Source of the DNA: Alphaproteobacteria bacterium | Lineage (GTDB): Bacteria; Pseudomonadota; Alphaproteobacteria; Rhodobacterales; Rhodobacteraceae | Assembly (NCBI GenBank): GCA_030148665.1 | Contig: JASBSZ010000008.1 | Location: forward strand, 7,284 to 71,283 | Direction of reading: 5' to 3' | Length of the DNA: 64,000 nucleotides | In this document: one piece after another, positions 24,166 to 36,457 of the stretch | How the letters are laid out: every line of letters starts with the position of its first letter | How positions within the stretch are numbered: the stretch's first letter is position 1 | Made by a program: the position numbers and the translations under genes | Notes under the pieces: generated by a model | Told to the model about the DNA's origin: nothing | Seen by the model: only the letters and a program-made list of their open reading frames with translations | The model's database searches: none

Positions 24166-25374
24166 TCACTGAAACTGGTGGGCGGGGTCGTGGCTCTTGC
24201 CGCGGAAGGGGCGCAGTTCCAGGCGCTCGGCGTCCTCCAGCCCGATCTCGGCATTGTCCAGATAGCAGGCGGGATCCTCGGCCCAGGGGTCGCCGGTCAG
24301 TTGCAGCGCGCGGATGCGGGTGTTGCCGCCGCAGATTTCCTTGTAGGCGCAAGCCCCGCAACGCCCCTTGAGGGGACGCGGGCGCAACCTGAGCTGGGCA
24401 AGGATCGGGTCGGGGCCGGTCCAGAGCCGGGAAAACGGTTTTTCGCGCACATCCCCGATGGTGTAGTCGGACCAGTAGGTATCCGGGTGCACCTTGCCTT
24501 GCGTGTCGATATTGGCAACCCCCAGCCCCGAGGCATTGCCCCCCCAGGCGCGCAGGTGCTGGCGCAGATGGTCGATCTTTTCTGGCGCGAAATGGCGTTC
24601 GGCCCAGCGCAGGAAATAGACCGCGTCGGCGTCATTGTTGCCGGTGACGATATCCAGCGGCATGTCTTCGGCCACTGCCAGCCAGGCACGTTCGATCAGC
24701 TCGTCCAGCGCCTTGCGGGTGCGCTTGCGGGTTGCGTCCTCGCCGCGGTTCTTGTCGCCGCGTCCGGCATAGACCAGATGCGACAGATAGAATTTCTCGA
24801 CCCCCTCGTCATCGCACAGCTGCAGCAGGTCGCCCAGCTGGTGCTGGTTGGCCTCGGTCAGGGTAAAGCGCAGGCCGACCTTGATGCCCCGCTTGCGGCA
24901 GGCGCGCACCCCGGCGAGGGCGGTGTCGAATGCGCCGTCCACGCCGCGGAACCAGTCATTCGTTTCGCCAATGCCGTCGATCGAGATGCCCACATAATCG
25001 AAACCGATTTCCCTGATCCGGTCGGCATTTTCGTCATTGATCTGCGTGCCATTGGTGGAAAGCGCCAGCACCGGCACCAGCTGGCGGGCGCGCGCGGCGA
25101 TCTCGAACAGGTCGGGGCGGTCCAGCGGCTCGCCGCCCGACAGGATCAGCGCGGGGATGCGAAAGCGGCCCAGATCCTCGACCACCTCCATCGCGTCGTC
25201 GTGGGTCAATTCACCCGGAAAGTTCACATCGGCCGAAACCGTATAGCAATGGCGGCAGCGCAGGTTGCAGCGCCGGGTGAGGTTCCAGATCACCACCGGC
25301 TTTTGCGGCCCGCGCGGCGCGCGCAGCGGTGTCGGGTTGACCAGCTGGTTCATGTAATGGGTCAGGCGGAACAT
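24166..25374 (-). CDS. nirJ: NirJ, radical SAM haem d1 biosynthesis protein
   Basis: 402 aa. CNLRCRHC radical-SAM cluster motif. C-terminal Cys-rich auxiliary cluster region. Confidence 0.9.
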   Translation of the reverse strand: MFRLTHYMNQLVNPTPLRAPRGPQKPVVIWNLTRRCNLRCRHCYTVSADVNFPGELTHDDAMEVVEDLGRFRIPALILSGGEPLDRPDLFEIAARARQLVPVLALSTNGTQINDENADRIREIGFDYVGISIDGIGETNDWFRGVDGAFDTALAGVRACRKRGIKVGLRFTLTEANQHQLGDLLQLCDDEGVEKFYLSHLVYAGRGDKNRGEDATRKRTRKALDELIERAWLAVAEDMPLDIVTGNNDADAVYFLRWAERHFAPEKIDHLRQHLRAWGGNASGLGVANIDTQGKVHPDTYWSDYTIGDVREKPFSRLWTGPDPILAQLRLRPRPLKGRCGACAYKEICGGNTRIRALQLTGDPWAEDPACYLDNAEIGLEDAERLELRPFRGKSHDPAHQFQ

Positions 25375-25378
25375 GGCA

Positions 25379-25867
25379 TCAGCCCCCTGGCTTGCCGAGC
25401 CTCAGCCCGGTCTTTTTCAGGATCCGTTTCGAATAAAGAATGTCGTGGCCGCGGCAGGCATCGCCCAGCAGGGCGGCGACCTCGGTGCGCTTTTCCTCGA
25501 CCTCGGCGCGGGTCTTGCCGTGCAGCATGGCAAACAGGTTGTAGGGCCAGTCCGGCAGCGCGCGCGGGCGCTGATAACAATGCGAGACATAGGGCAGCGC
25601 GCCGATGCGAACGCCCATCTCTTCGGCCCGATCGTCGGCGACATCCCAGACCGACATGCCGTTGGCCCTGATGCCCAGCGCGTAATGATTGGGCGCCAGC
25701 GCGATGCGGCGGATGATGCCGCTGTTCTGCATGGCCTGCATGCGGGTAATGACCTCGGCCTCGTTCAGGCCCAGCTGGCGGGCGACCTCGGCATAGGGCG
25801 CGGGCACCAGCGGCAGGCCGGCCTGGGTCGCCTCGATGATTTGCCTGTCTGTCCGGTCGATGATCAT
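25379..25867 (-). CDS. nirH: NirH, siroheme decarboxylase subunit (AsnC/Lrp-like)
   Basis: ORF trimmed to ATG 25867, overlapping the nirG stop (ATGA). Paralogous to NirD/L/G (...[16 protein letters not shown]...). Confidence 0.8.
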   Translation of the reverse strand: MIIDRTDRQIIEATQAGLPLVPAPYAEVARQLGLNEAEVITRMQAMQNSGIIRRIALAPNHYALGIRANGMSVWDVADDRAEEMGVRIGALPYVSHCYQRPRALPDWPYNLFAMLHGKTRAEVEEKRTEVAALLGDACRGHDILYSKRILKKTGLRLGKPGG

Positions 25868-26319
25868 GCCGCCACCCTGAAGCCGATGAAGAATTCGCGT
25901 TCCTTGGGAAAGCGCAGCACCTTCAGCCCCGTGAGCGCCTCGATCTGGTCGGCCACCTCGGCAATGCGTTCCCTGCTGTCGGTTGCCAGCACGAACCACA
26001 TGTTCAGCCGGTGGTCGCGCTCATAATTATGGGCGACCTCCGCATGTGCATTGACCTGTGTCAGAACGCGGTCGAATTCTGCCTCGGGCACCGCCATCGC
26101 GCACAGGCAGAAGGCGCCGCCCATGGCCTCGGTGTCATAGAAGGGGCCAAAGCGGGTAATGATGCCGCTTTCCCGAAGGCGCTTGATACGGGCGATCAGC
26201 TCGTCCTCCTGAATACCCAGTGCGCGCGCCGCCTGCCGGAACGGGCGGGGCGACAGGGGGAAACCCTCTTGCAGGGCGTTCAGGATCTTGCGGTCGATAT
26301 CGTCAAGAGCGCGGGTCAT
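25864..26319 (-). CDS. nirG: NirG, siroheme decarboxylase subunit (AsnC/Lrp-like)
   Basis: 151 aa. LNALQEGFPLSPRPFRQAARALGI... ATGA overlap with the nirDL stop. Confidence 0.8.
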   Translation of the reverse strand: MTRALDDIDRKILNALQEGFPLSPRPFRQAARALGIQEDELIARIKRLRESGIITRFGPFYDTEAMGGAFCLCAMAVPEAEFDRVLTQVNAHAEVAHNYERDHRLNMWFVLATDSRERIAEVADQIEALTGLKVLRFPKEREFFIGFRVAA

Positions 26320-27326
26320 GGCGAAACCCCTTGCGTCAGCACCGGCCTGACCGGTGGCTTGATCAGTGCACCCGTCTGGCGAAAACAGCGGACCGAAAAC
26401 AGCGGTTTGCAGGGCACCCCGCGCAACCCGGGCAGGGCGCGGGCCTGTGCAAGAATATCGAGCGCCGCCTCGCGTGAACGCGCGTGGATCATCGAATACA
26501 GCCGCCAGGGCCAGATGTCGGGCACGGGGCGGCGTTCATAGCACAGCGTCACGCCGGGCAGTGCGGCAAGGGCCGGGCCGACGCTGGTGACGGCTTCGGA
26601 CGGCAGATCCCAGACCACCATCGCATTGGCCCGCCAACCCAGCGCGCGGTGGCGCACGATGACGCCCAGGCGGGTAATGATGGCCGCCTGCATCAGTGCC
26701 TGAATGCGCGAAATGATCGCCTCTTCGGCATGTTTCAGCCGCGCCCCTATCAGGGCGAAGGGGCGCGGCACCAGCGGCAGACCGGAGCACAAGGTCTGCA
26801 ATATATCGCGATCACCGGGTTGCATGGCAGACATGTCCGCGCGCCTGACCGATCGGTGCGGCATGGGCGTGCCGGACAGGTTGAAACCCAGGTCGATGTT
26901 GAACGGCCTGAGAAGCGGCAGATCCAGCACGCGCAGCCCGGTTTCGCGTTCGATTCGCGCAAGCGCGGCATTCACATGGACGCGATCGGGGCCGGTGGCC
27001 ACGAACCACAGGTTCCAGTCGTCCTCGCGCAGATAGGAATGGTTGATACCGGGCTGGCGGTTGATGATATCGGCAACATCCTCGACCCGTTCGTCGGGCA
27101 CCGATATTGCGGCCAGCGTCGAGGCCGAAACCGTGTTGGGCGCGCAAGTCGCGCCAACGCGCGTGATACTGCCCTGAGCGCGCAGCCTGTCGAGGCGGGC
27201 GATGACCTCTTCCTCGTCGATGCCCAGCCTGCGCGCGATGGCTGCAAAGGGGCGTGGCACCAGAGGCAGGTCGCGCTGCCAGTCGTTCAGCAGGCTGCGG
27301 TCGATGGGGTCGCCAAGCTGGATCAT
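26316..27326 (-). CDS. nirDL: NirD-NirL fusion, siroheme decarboxylase
   Basis: ORF trimmed to ATG 27326, 2 nt after the nirF stop. Two tandem AsnC-like modules (...LPLVPRPFAAIARRLGI... and ...LPLVPRPFALIGARLKH...). Confidence 0.8.
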   Translation of the reverse strand: MIQLGDPIDRSLLNDWQRDLPLVPRPFAAIARRLGIDEEEVIARLDRLRAQGSITRVGATCAPNTVSASTLAAISVPDERVEDVADIINRQPGINHSYLREDDWNLWFVATGPDRVHVNAALARIERETGLRVLDLPLLRPFNIDLGFNLSGTPMPHRSVRRADMSAMQPGDRDILQTLCSGLPLVPRPFALIGARLKHAEEAIISRIQALMQAAIITRLGVIVRHRALGWRANAMVVWDLPSEAVTSVGPALAALPGVTLCYERRPVPDIWPWRLYSMIHARSREAALDILAQARALPGLRGVPCKPLFSVRCFRQTGALIKPPVRPVLTQGVSP

Positions 27327-27328
27327 CG

Positions 27329-28483
27329 TCAAAGCCCCGTCTTGTGCGCGCGCACGGTAAAGAAGATGCCCGAGGGCGATTGCGCCGGAAGCTCGGCAAT
27401 CTTGGCAAAGCTGTGGGTGTCGTAGATCACCACCTTGTTGCGGTCGCGCACCGAGATCCACACCTCGTTGCCGCGGGCGGTGAATTCCATGTGCAGCACC
27501 GCCGGGCCGGGGGTGAACTGGTGGATCACCTTTTTCGTCAGCGTGTCGATCACCTGCACGGTGTCATTCAGGGGATGCGCGAAATTCACCCAGATCTGGC
27601 GCCCGTCGGGCCGCGCCATGGCGAATACCGGCTGGCCGTGGGTCTTGGTCACGCCGGTCTGTTTCAGGCTGCGGGCATCGACCCACAGCACCTCATGCGC
27701 GCCAACCGCGGGCAGGACGAACTGGTTGCCGGCCAGCGCCCAGCCCTCGAGATGGGGCATCTTGTAGACCGGCAGCTTTTTCTCGCCCTTGCCGTATCCC
27801 ATCAGAAAGGGGCGCGGCCTGGGATCCTTCTGCCACAGGTCGAGCGCGGTCAGATGGTCCTGGCTGAAAAGCCCGGCGATATAGGTGCGCCCGTCGGGCG
27901 TGATCAGCCCGTCATAGGGGTTTTCGCCGATGCCGGGGATGCGCGTGATCTGCGGCTTGTTCCCCTTTGAAAAATCGGCAATCCAGGTTTCGCCCTTGTC
28001 CCACAGGGTAAAGACAAAGCGCCTGCCGGGGGCGTCAACCAGGCCGATGGTTTTCGAATCCGTCGGAATATTGGCGACGCGTTCCAGTGTTTCGGCGTCA
28101 AAGACATGCACGCCGCCGGGGACATAGTTGGACACCGCGACCAGCCTGCCATCGTCGGAAATCGCGCCGCCGATGGAATTGCCCGCCTGCATCACGCGCT
28201 TGACGATCCTGCGCGTCAGGATATCGACCTTGGTCAGCCCGCCATCGCGGCCGAACACATAGGCATAGCGTTCATCGGGCGAATAGACGACCGAGGCATG
28301 CGACAGGTCGCCCAGCCCGGTGACGCGGCCCAGAATGGCGTGTTCGCTCTGGTCGATGATCAGGATCGATCCGGTCGCGCGCTCGATGATCACGCCCATG
28401 TCGCCGGTGCCGCGCAGTTCATCCGCAGCGGTCGGGGCCGTCAGCAGGAAAAGGGTGGCCAGCAGGGCTGCAAGGCGCTTCAT
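27329..28483 (-). CDS. nirF: NirF, periplasmic d1-type beta-propeller haem d1 biosynthesis protein
   Basis: 384 aa. Signal peptide MKRLAALLATLFLLTAPTAA. NirS-propeller-like without a haem c motif. ATGA overlap with the nirC stop. Confidence 0.85.
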   Translation of the reverse strand: MKRLAALLATLFLLTAPTAADELRGTGDMGVIIERATGSILIIDQSEHAILGRVTGLGDLSHASVVYSPDERYAYVFGRDGGLTKVDILTRRIVKRVMQAGNSIGGAISDDGRLVAVSNYVPGGVHVFDAETLERVANIPTDSKTIGLVDAPGRRFVFTLWDKGETWIADFSKGNKPQITRIPGIGENPYDGLITPDGRTYIAGLFSQDHLTALDLWQKDPRPRPFLMGYGKGEKKLPVYKMPHLEGWALAGNQFVLPAVGAHEVLWVDARSLKQTGVTKTHGQPVFAMARPDGRQIWVNFAHPLNDTVQVIDTLTKKVIHQFTPGPAVLHMEFTARGNEVWISVRDRNKVVIYDTHSFAKIAELPAQSPSGIFFTVRAHKTGL

Positions 28484-28797
28484 GGTCTTTTTCCTTTCAG
28501 CAGATATTGCACGATCCAGTCCACGTCGGATTCGCTCAGCAGCGGGCGCCAGGGCGGCATGGCGCTGCCGGGAATGCCGTCAAGGATGATGGATTTCAGC
28601 GCTTCCGGCGCGCGACCGGCCAGTGTTTCGGCGCGGATGTCGGGGCCCAGCCCTCCCTTCAGCGTCATGCCGTGGCAGGATCCGCAATCCTGCCGCACGA
28701 GGTTTTCCAGCGCGTCCTGGCGCGTGGCAGGCAGTTCGCCCCCAAAGGCAGGCGTGGCGGCAGAAAATGCCGCCAGGACAAGGGCAACCCTACGCAT
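28480..28797 (-). CDS. nirC: NirC, small c-type cytochrome (c55X)
   Basis: ATG 28797 (MRRVALVLAAFSAATPAFG signal). CGSCH motif. Overlaps the nirE stop by 8 nt. Confidence 0.8.
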   Translation of the reverse strand: MRRVALVLAAFSAATPAFGGELPATRQDALENLVRQDCGSCHGMTLKGGLGPDIRAETLAGRAPEALKSIILDGIPGSAMPPWRPLLSESDVDWIVQYLLKGKRP

Positions 28798-29584
28798 GGG
28801 CCACCGCCGCAACCATGTCGGCGGGCGCCTCCTGCATCAATTGCCGGATGTCGCGTTGTTCATACAGCGAAACCACATTGCCGATCACGAACAGGACCGG
28901 CCCGTCGGGGGGTGTTCGGCGGATCTTCGGGGCAATGTCGCCAAGGCTGGCCAGCAGGCGGGTTTCGCGCGGGGTCGTTGCGTTGGCGATTGCCATGACC
29001 GGCAGGCTGGCGGGCATGCCGGCGGCCATCAGGCGCAGCGCGATTTCGCCGATATTGGCAACGCCCATATAGACGATCAGCGTGGTGTCGGGATCGGCCA
29101 GCTTGTGCCAGTCCATGTCCAGCGGGCGGTCGGCCTGGCGGTGGCCGGTGATGTATTGCACGCCGCTGGCCAGCCCGCGATGGGTCAGAGGAACGCCGGT
29201 CGCGGCAGCCGCCCCCTGGGCGGCGGTGATGCCTGGCACATATTCGACAGCGATGCCAAGGGCGCGCAGATGGGCGGCCTCTTCCGCGCCGCGGCCAAAG
29301 ATCAGCGGATCGCCCCCCTTGAGGCGGACGACCGTCAGGCCATTGAGCGCCAGATCTGCAAGAATTTCGTTGATGCGGTCCTGCGGGACCGGATGATTGC
29401 GCGGCGCCTTGCCGACCGGGATCATGCGCGCCCCTTCAGGGGCCAGCGCCAGGATTTCGGGTGAAACCAGACGGTCATGAACCACGGCATCGGCCTGGTT
29501 CAGCAGGCGCAGCGCCTTGAGTGTCAGCAGCTCGGCATCGCCCGGACCAGCCCCGATCAGGTAAACCTTTCCTTGGGTCGTCAT
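28790..29584 (-). CDS. nirE: NirE, uroporphyrinogen-III C-methyltransferase (SUMT)
   Basis: 264 aa. VYLIGAGPGDAELLT SUMT signature. Confidence 0.9.
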   Translation of the reverse strand: MTTQGKVYLIGAGPGDAELLTLKALRLLNQADAVVHDRLVSPEILALAPEGARMIPVGKAPRNHPVPQDRINEILADLALNGLTVVRLKGGDPLIFGRGAEEAAHLRALGIAVEYVPGITAAQGAAAATGVPLTHRGLASGVQYITGHRQADRPLDMDWHKLADPDTTLIVYMGVANIGEIALRLMAAGMPASLPVMAIANATTPRETRLLASLGDIAPKIRRTPPDGPVLFVIGNVVSLYEQRDIRQLMQEAPADMVAAVAHA

Positions 29585-29651
29585 GGCCGCGCCTTTCCTG
29601 CTGCGATGTGAGGGGGGAAAGGGGCCGGCCGGACAGCCGGCCCCGGTTTTG

Positions 29652-31482
<1,831 letters not shown>

Positions 31483-31505
31483 GGTCCCGGCGGCGGGCCT
31501 GCGGC

Positions 31506-33602
31506 ATGTTGTGGCACATGTTTGCGATCCTTGTCCGATCCGTTCTCTTTTCCGTGCTGCTGGCGCTCGGGCTGCCCGGCATCGCCTCGGCGCGCGACGG
31601 CTGGCCCTCGGCGGATCACCCTCCCGCCCCCTCGGCGCCTGACCGCGATATCGCCCGCGCCCTGCTGGGCATCGACGCCCCGCTGCGCATCGAACGCCAG
31701 GACCTGGCCGTGCCCGGCTGGGTGGTGCGCCGTGCCGACGGCTCGCTGGCCGGCTATATTGCCTCTACCTGGGAAATATCGCGCTCGGTGGGCTATTCGG
31801 GCAAACCGCTGGACGTGCTGGTCGCCGTCGATTCCACGGGGCGGATAGCAGGCGCCCGCCTGATGCGGCATAGCGAGCCGATCCTGACCCTGGGCATTTC
31901 CGAACGCGACATTGCGCGGTTTGTCGAATCGTTTCGCGGCATCGACCTGCGCGCCCCGCGCAAAGGGGCCGCGGGAGCCGAGAAATCGCGCAGTCCCGGC
32001 CCGCCCGACATCATATCCAGAGCCACGGTATCATCGGGGGTGATCCGCGATTCGATCCTGCGCACCGCACGCAGCCTGGCCATAGGGCGCGGCCTGATTT
32101 CCGGCGGCGGGATCGACCGGGTGCATTTCAGCCCCCGCTCGTGGCAGGCGCTGGTGGCCGAAGGGGCGCTGGCCCATGGCGAGGTCACGATGAGCCAGGC
32201 CAGCCGTGCCCTGCGCGACGCACAGGTGCCGGTTCCTGCCGGCGACGGGCCGTTCATCGATCTGTATTTCGGCCTGATCGACCCACCCTCGATCGGGCGC
32301 AGCCTGTTGGGCCAGCAGGATTTTTCCCGTGTCGTCGCCGCCCTCGGCCCCGGCGAGACGGCGTTGTTCGTGGCGTCGCGGGGGGTCTATTCCCACCGTG
32401 GGCTGAAATGGCGACGCAGCGGGATCTTTGACCGCCTTGCCCTGGTTCAGGGAGACCGGCGGTTCCCGATCACCGCGGCCGGCTACAGGCGCATTGACGA
32501 GCTGGCGCTTGACGACGCCCCCGCCTTCAAGGAGCGCAGCATCTTTGTCATACCGGCCGACGGGATTGACGTGCTGAAACCGTTTCGCCTGGAACTGACG
32601 ATCAGCCGCCCGGCACGCGACAACAAGAGTGCGACCATGGTTCTGGCCGTGGACTATGCCCTGCCCCAGGAATACGTGGTGCCGCCGCCGCCCGAGCCCC
32701 TTCCGCTGTGGCAGGAAACCTGGAAGGACAAGCGCCAGACGGTTGTCGGCGTGGTCGCTATGCTGTCGGCATTGACCCTGATCCTGTTCTTTCAGGGCAG
32801 TTTCGTGCGCCGCCCGAAACTGTGGCGCCGCGGGCGGCTGGCCTTTCTGCTGGTCACCTTCCTGTGGCTGGGATGGGGGGTGAACGGGCAGCTTTCGGTT
32901 GTACAGGTGGCCGCCTTCCTCCATTCCCTGCTGAGCGGCTTCAGATGGGAAACCTTCCTGATCGAGCCGGTCATCTTTGTCCTGTGGTCCTTTGTCGCAC
33001 TGGGTCTGCTGTTCTGGGGGCGCGGCGTCTACTGCGGCTGGCTGTGCCCGTTCGGCGCGTTGCAGGAGCTGACCAATGCCCTTGCCCAACGCCTGAAGGT
33101 ACCGCAGATTGCCGTGCCGCACGCGCTGCATGAACGGCTGTGGGTCATCAAGTACACGCTGTTTGTCGCCATCATCGCGCTGTCCTTCTATTCCATGAAG
33201 GATGCGCTGGTGCTGGCCGAGGTCGAGCCCTTCAAGACGGCCATTTCACTGCGCATGATCCGTGCCTGGCCGTTCGTGCTGTTCGTTGTCGCCATCCTGA
33301 CCGCGGGGCTTTTCATCGAGCGATTCTATTGCCGCTATCTGTGTCCGCTGGGCGCGGGGCTGGCCATCCCGGCAAAGCTGAAGATCTTTGACTGGCTTGA
33401 ACGGCGCACGCAATGCGGCCGCGAATGTCGCCTGTGCGAAACAAGATGCACGGTCGGTGCAATCGACGCCCTGGGCCGGATCAATCCCAATGAATGCGTC
33501 CTGTGCCTGCGCTGCCAGGTCATCTATCACGACGACGAGACCTGCACGATCCTCAAGCGGCGCAAGCGCAAGCTCGAGGCCGCGATGGCGGCTCGGAAAT
33601 AG
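31506..33602 (+). CDS. nirI: NirI (NosR/NirI family membrane Fe-S/flavin protein required for nir expression)
   Basis: 698 aa. Periplasmic N-terminal domain, multiple TMs, CPFGALQE and CRYLCPLG motifs, C-terminal ferredoxin-type Cys clusters (CGRECRLCETRC, CVLCLRCQ). Alternative start ATG 31518. Confidence 0.85.
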   Translation: MLWHMFAILVRSVLFSVLLALGLPGIASARDGWPSADHPPAPSAPDRDIARALLGIDAPLRIERQDLAVPGWVVRRADGSLAGYIASTWEISRSVGYSGKPLDVLVAVDSTGRIAGARLMRHSEPILTLGISERDIARFVESFRGIDLRAPRKGAAGAEKSRSPGPPDIISRATVSSGVIRDSILRTARSLAIGRGLISGGGIDRVHFSPRSWQALVAEGALAHGEVTMSQASRALRDAQVPVPAGDGPFIDLYFGLIDPPSIGRSLLGQQDFSRVVAALGPGETALFVASRGVYSHRGLKWRRSGIFDRLALVQGDRRFPITAAGYRRIDELALDDAPAFKERSIFVIPADGIDVLKPFRLELTISRPARDNKSATMVLAVDYALPQEYVVPPPPEPLPLWQETWKDKRQTVVGVVAMLSALTLILFFQGSFVRRPKLWRRGRLAFLLVTFLWLGWGVNGQLSVVQVAAFLHSLLSGFRWETFLIEPVIFVLWSFVALGLLFWGRGVYCGWLCPFGALQELTNALAQRLKVPQIAVPHALHERLWVIKYTLFVAIIALSFYSMKDALVLAEVEPFKTAISLRMIRAWPFVLFVVAILTAGLFIERFYCRYLCPLGAGLAIPAKLKIFDWLERRTQCGRECRLCETRCTVGAIDALGRINPNECVLCLRCQVIYHDDETCTILKRRKRKLEAAMAARK

Positions 33603-33729
33603 CGACCCGCCGCGCCATCGGCCACCGCCCGACAGCGGGCGACATGAGCCGCAAACCGCCGCGCTGCGACGAGATGGCGCGCATCTATCACGCCAGGTCA
33701 CGAAAAATCACACGCATGATCACGAACGC

Positions 33730-33743
33730 TTGACTTTCGTTAA
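33730..33743. promoter_or_regulatory. NNR/FNR-type box upstream of norC
   Basis: TTGACtttcGTTAA. Centre is 70.5 nt upstream of ATG 33807. Confidence 0.7.
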
Positions 33744-33806
33744 GGCGGACCCCGCCCCGATCGGCGCAGTCTAGCGCATCATCAACGCAGCGCAAAGGAG
33801 AGCGCA

Positions 33807-34259
33807 ATGCGCGAAGTTTTGACCAAAAGCAAGGCTCGCAACATCTTCTACGGCGGGTCCTTGTTCTTCATCGTGATCTTTCTGGGGCTGTCCTGGAACA
33901 GCCATAGCTACATCGTGAACACATCCACCGATGCCAAGGGCCTGACCGCCAGCGTTGTCGCCGGCAAGCGGGTCTGGGAGGCCAACGGGTGCATCGACTG
34001 CCATACCATCCTGGGCGAGGGCGCCTATTTCGCCCCCGAGCTGGGCAATGTGATGAAACGCTGGGACGTCCAGAACGACCCCGAGGCAGCATATGAGACG
34101 CTGAAGGGCTGGATGGAGGCGCAGCCCTCGGGCACCGCGGGCCGCCGGCAGATGCCCCAGTTCAACCTTACCGACAGGCAGATCCGCGATCTTGCCGATT
34201 TCCTGCTGTGGACGGGCACCATCGATACCCAGGGCTGGCCCCCGAACAATGCGGGCTGA
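33807..34259 (+). CDS. norC: Nitric oxide reductase cytochrome c subunit
   Basis: 150 aa. N-terminal TM anchor, CIDCH motif, AAGGAGA SD. Confidence 0.92.
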   Translation: MREVLTKSKARNIFYGGSLFFIVIFLGLSWNSHSYIVNTSTDAKGLTASVVAGKRVWEANGCIDCHTILGEGAYFAPELGNVMKRWDVQNDPEAAYETLKGWMEAQPSGTAGRRQMPQFNLTDRQIRDLADFLLWTGTIDTQGWPPNNAG

Positions 34260-34271
34260 GGAGAAAGAGCC

Positions 34272-35642
34272 ATGAAATATCAAACCCAGAAAATTGCATT
34301 GGCCTATATCGTCGTGGCGCTTGCGCTGTTTGCGGTGCAGGTCCTGATGGGGCTGCTTGCCGGCTGGATCTATGTCGAACCGAATACCCTTTCGACCCTC
34401 CTGCCATTCAACATCGTGCGCATGCTGCACACCAACAGCCTGATCGTCTGGCTGATCACCGGCTTTTTCGGGGCCGCCTATTTCCTGATCCCCGAAGAGG
34501 CCGAGCGCGAAATCTATTCGCCCAAGCTGGCCTATATCCAGCTGGCCATTCTGGTGATCGGCACGGCGGGCGTCGTGGTCACCTACACGTTCGACCTGTT
34601 CCACGGCAACTGGCTGCTGGGCAAGGAGGGGCGCGAGTTCCTTGAACAGCCCATATGGGTCAAGGTCGGCATCGTGGTGGCGGCGCTGATTTTCCTGTTC
34701 AATGTCACCATGACGGTGCTTGCAGGCAAAAAGACGGCAATCACCAACATCCTGCTGCTGGGCCTGTGGGGGCTGGCGCTGTTGTTCCTGTTCAGTTTCT
34801 ACAACCCCGGCAACCTGAGCCTCGACAAGCAGTACTGGTGGTATGTCGTCCACCTGTGGGTCGAAGGCGTGTGGGAGCTGATCATGGCATCCATCCTGGC
34901 CTATCTGATGCTGAGACTGACCGGCGTGGACCGCGAGATCGTCGAGAAATGGCTGTATGTCATCGTCGCGGCGGCGCTGTTTTCGGGCATCCTGGGCACC
35001 GGCCACCACTATTACTGGATCGGCACGCCCGGCTACTGGCAGTGGCTTGGCTCGGTCTTTTCGGCGCTCGAGGTCATCCCCTTCTTTGCCATGATGGCAT
35101 TCGCCTTTGTCATGGTCTGGAAAGGGCGGCGCGATCACCCCAACAAGGCGGCGCTTCTGTGGTCGCTGGGCTGCGCGACGCTGGCCTTTTTCGGCGCGGG
35201 TGTGTGGGGCTTTCTGCACACGCTGTCCTGGGTCAACTACTATACCCACGGCACGCAGATCACCGCCGCACACGGGCATCTGGCCTTTTTCGGCGCCTAT
35301 GTCTCGCTGAACCTCGCCGTCTTTACCTATGCCATGCCGATCCTGCGCGGGCGCGACCCGTATAACCAGGTGCTGAACATGGTCAGCTTCTGGCTGATGG
35401 CCGGCGGCATGGTGTTCATGACCTTTGCCCTGACATTTGCGGGCACCGTGCAAACCCATCTGCAACGGGTCATGGGCATGAACTACATGGAGGTACAGGA
35501 CCAGCTGGCATTGTTCTACTGGATGCGCCTTGGCGCCGGTGTTGCCGTGGTGCTGGGCGTGTTCCTGTTCATCTATGCCATCGCCCTGCCCCGGCGTGAG
35601 GTCATCGCGCCGGGCGACAAGGCCGAGGTTCCGGCGGAGTGA
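34272..35642 (+). CDS. norB: Nitric oxide reductase large (haem b / FeB) subunit
   Basis: 456 aa. 12-TM haem-copper-oxidase-like sequence with conserved His (HLWVEG..., [18 protein letters not shown]). Confidence 0.92.
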   Translation: MKYQTQKIALAYIVVALALFAVQVLMGLLAGWIYVEPNTLSTLLPFNIVRMLHTNSLIVWLITGFFGAAYFLIPEEAEREIYSPKLAYIQLAILVIGTAGVVVTYTFDLFHGNWLLGKEGREFLEQPIWVKVGIVVAALIFLFNVTMTVLAGKKTAITNILLLGLWGLALLFLFSFYNPGNLSLDKQYWWYVVHLWVEGVWELIMASILAYLMLRLTGVDREIVEKWLYVIVAAALFSGILGTGHHYYWIGTPGYWQWLGSVFSALEVIPFFAMMAFAFVMVWKGRRDHPNKAALLWSLGCATLAFFGAGVWGFLHTLSWVNYYTHGTQITAAHGHLAFFGAYVSLNLAVFTYAMPILRGRDPYNQVLNMVSFWLMAGGMVFMTFALTFAGTVQTHLQRVMGMNYMEVQDQLALFYWMRLGAGVAVVLGVFLFIYAIALPRREVIAPGDKAEVPAE

Positions 35643-36454
35643 GCGTCATGGACGGCACATATCAGATGAAGGGGGCGCAGGATGCCCCCTTCTACCTGCC
35701 CCAGGGCGACGAGGTTTCGGTGTTCGAGACCGCGCATGCCAACGGCCTGCCGATGCTGCTCAAGGGGCCGACGGGATGCGGCAAGACGCGTTTCGTCGCC
35801 CATATGGCGGCACGTCTGGGCCGGCCGCTTTACACGGTGGCCTGCCATGACGACCTGTCGGCGGCCGACCTGATCGGGCGCTATCTGCTGAAAGGCGGCG
35901 AAACCGTCTGGGTGGACGGGCCCCTGACGCGGGCGGTGCGCGAGGGCGCGATCTGCTACCTCGACGAGGTGGTCGAGGCGCGCAAGGATGTCACCGTGGT
36001 CCTGCACCCGCTGACCGACGACCGGCGCATCCTGCCGATCGACCGCACCGGCGAGGAACTCGAGGCCGCGCCGGGCTTCATGCTGGTGGCATCCTACAAC
36101 CCCGGATACCAGAATATCCTGAAAACCCTGAAACCCTCGACCCGGCAACGATTTGTCTCGGTCAGCTTCGACTTTCCGCCGCCCGAGATGGAAACCCGGA
36201 TCGTGGCGCAGGAAAGCGGCCTGTCCGAGGATCGCGTGCGCCCGCTGGTGCGCCTTGCCGGCAAGCTGCGCGCCCTCAAGGGGCAGGATCTGGAAGAGGG
36301 CGTCTCGACCCGCCTTGTGGTTTACGCGGCAACGCTGATCCATCAGGGCATGGCGGTCGAGCGCGCCATACTGGCGGCGATGATCGAGCCGCTGAGCGAT
36401 GAAGAAGATGTAAAACGCGGGCTCCTCGACCTTGTCACGGCCGTCTTTGGGTGA
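35639..36454 (+). CDS. norQ: NorQ, MoxR-type AAA+ ATPase for NOR maturation
   Basis: Walker [12 protein letters not shown] 35639 overlaps the norB stop (GTGA). ATG 35648 is the alternative start. Confidence 0.88.
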   Translation: MSVMDGTYQMKGAQDAPFYLPQGDEVSVFETAHANGLPMLLKGPTGCGKTRFVAHMAARLGRPLYTVACHDDLSAADLIGRYLLKGGETVWVDGPLTRAVREGAICYLDEVVEARKDVTVVLHPLTDDRRILPIDRTGEELEAAPGFMLVASYNPGYQNILKTLKPSTRQRFVSVSFDFPPPEMETRIVAQESGLSEDRVRPLVRLAGKLRALKGQDLEEGVSTRLVVYAATLIHQGMAVERAILAAMIEPLSDEEDVKRGLLDLVTAVFG

Positions 36455-36457
36455 GGC

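Noticed and set aside
23876-24361. N-terminal 160-codon extension of the nirN ORF (674 aa), overlapping the nirJ 3' end.
   Set aside because: The extension is Arg/Ala/Gly-rich and contains a perfect 23-nt palindrome and a 15-bp hairpin. It would also bury the obvious signal peptide (MLGVLAVIAALVQPVQA) that precedes the CAACH motif.
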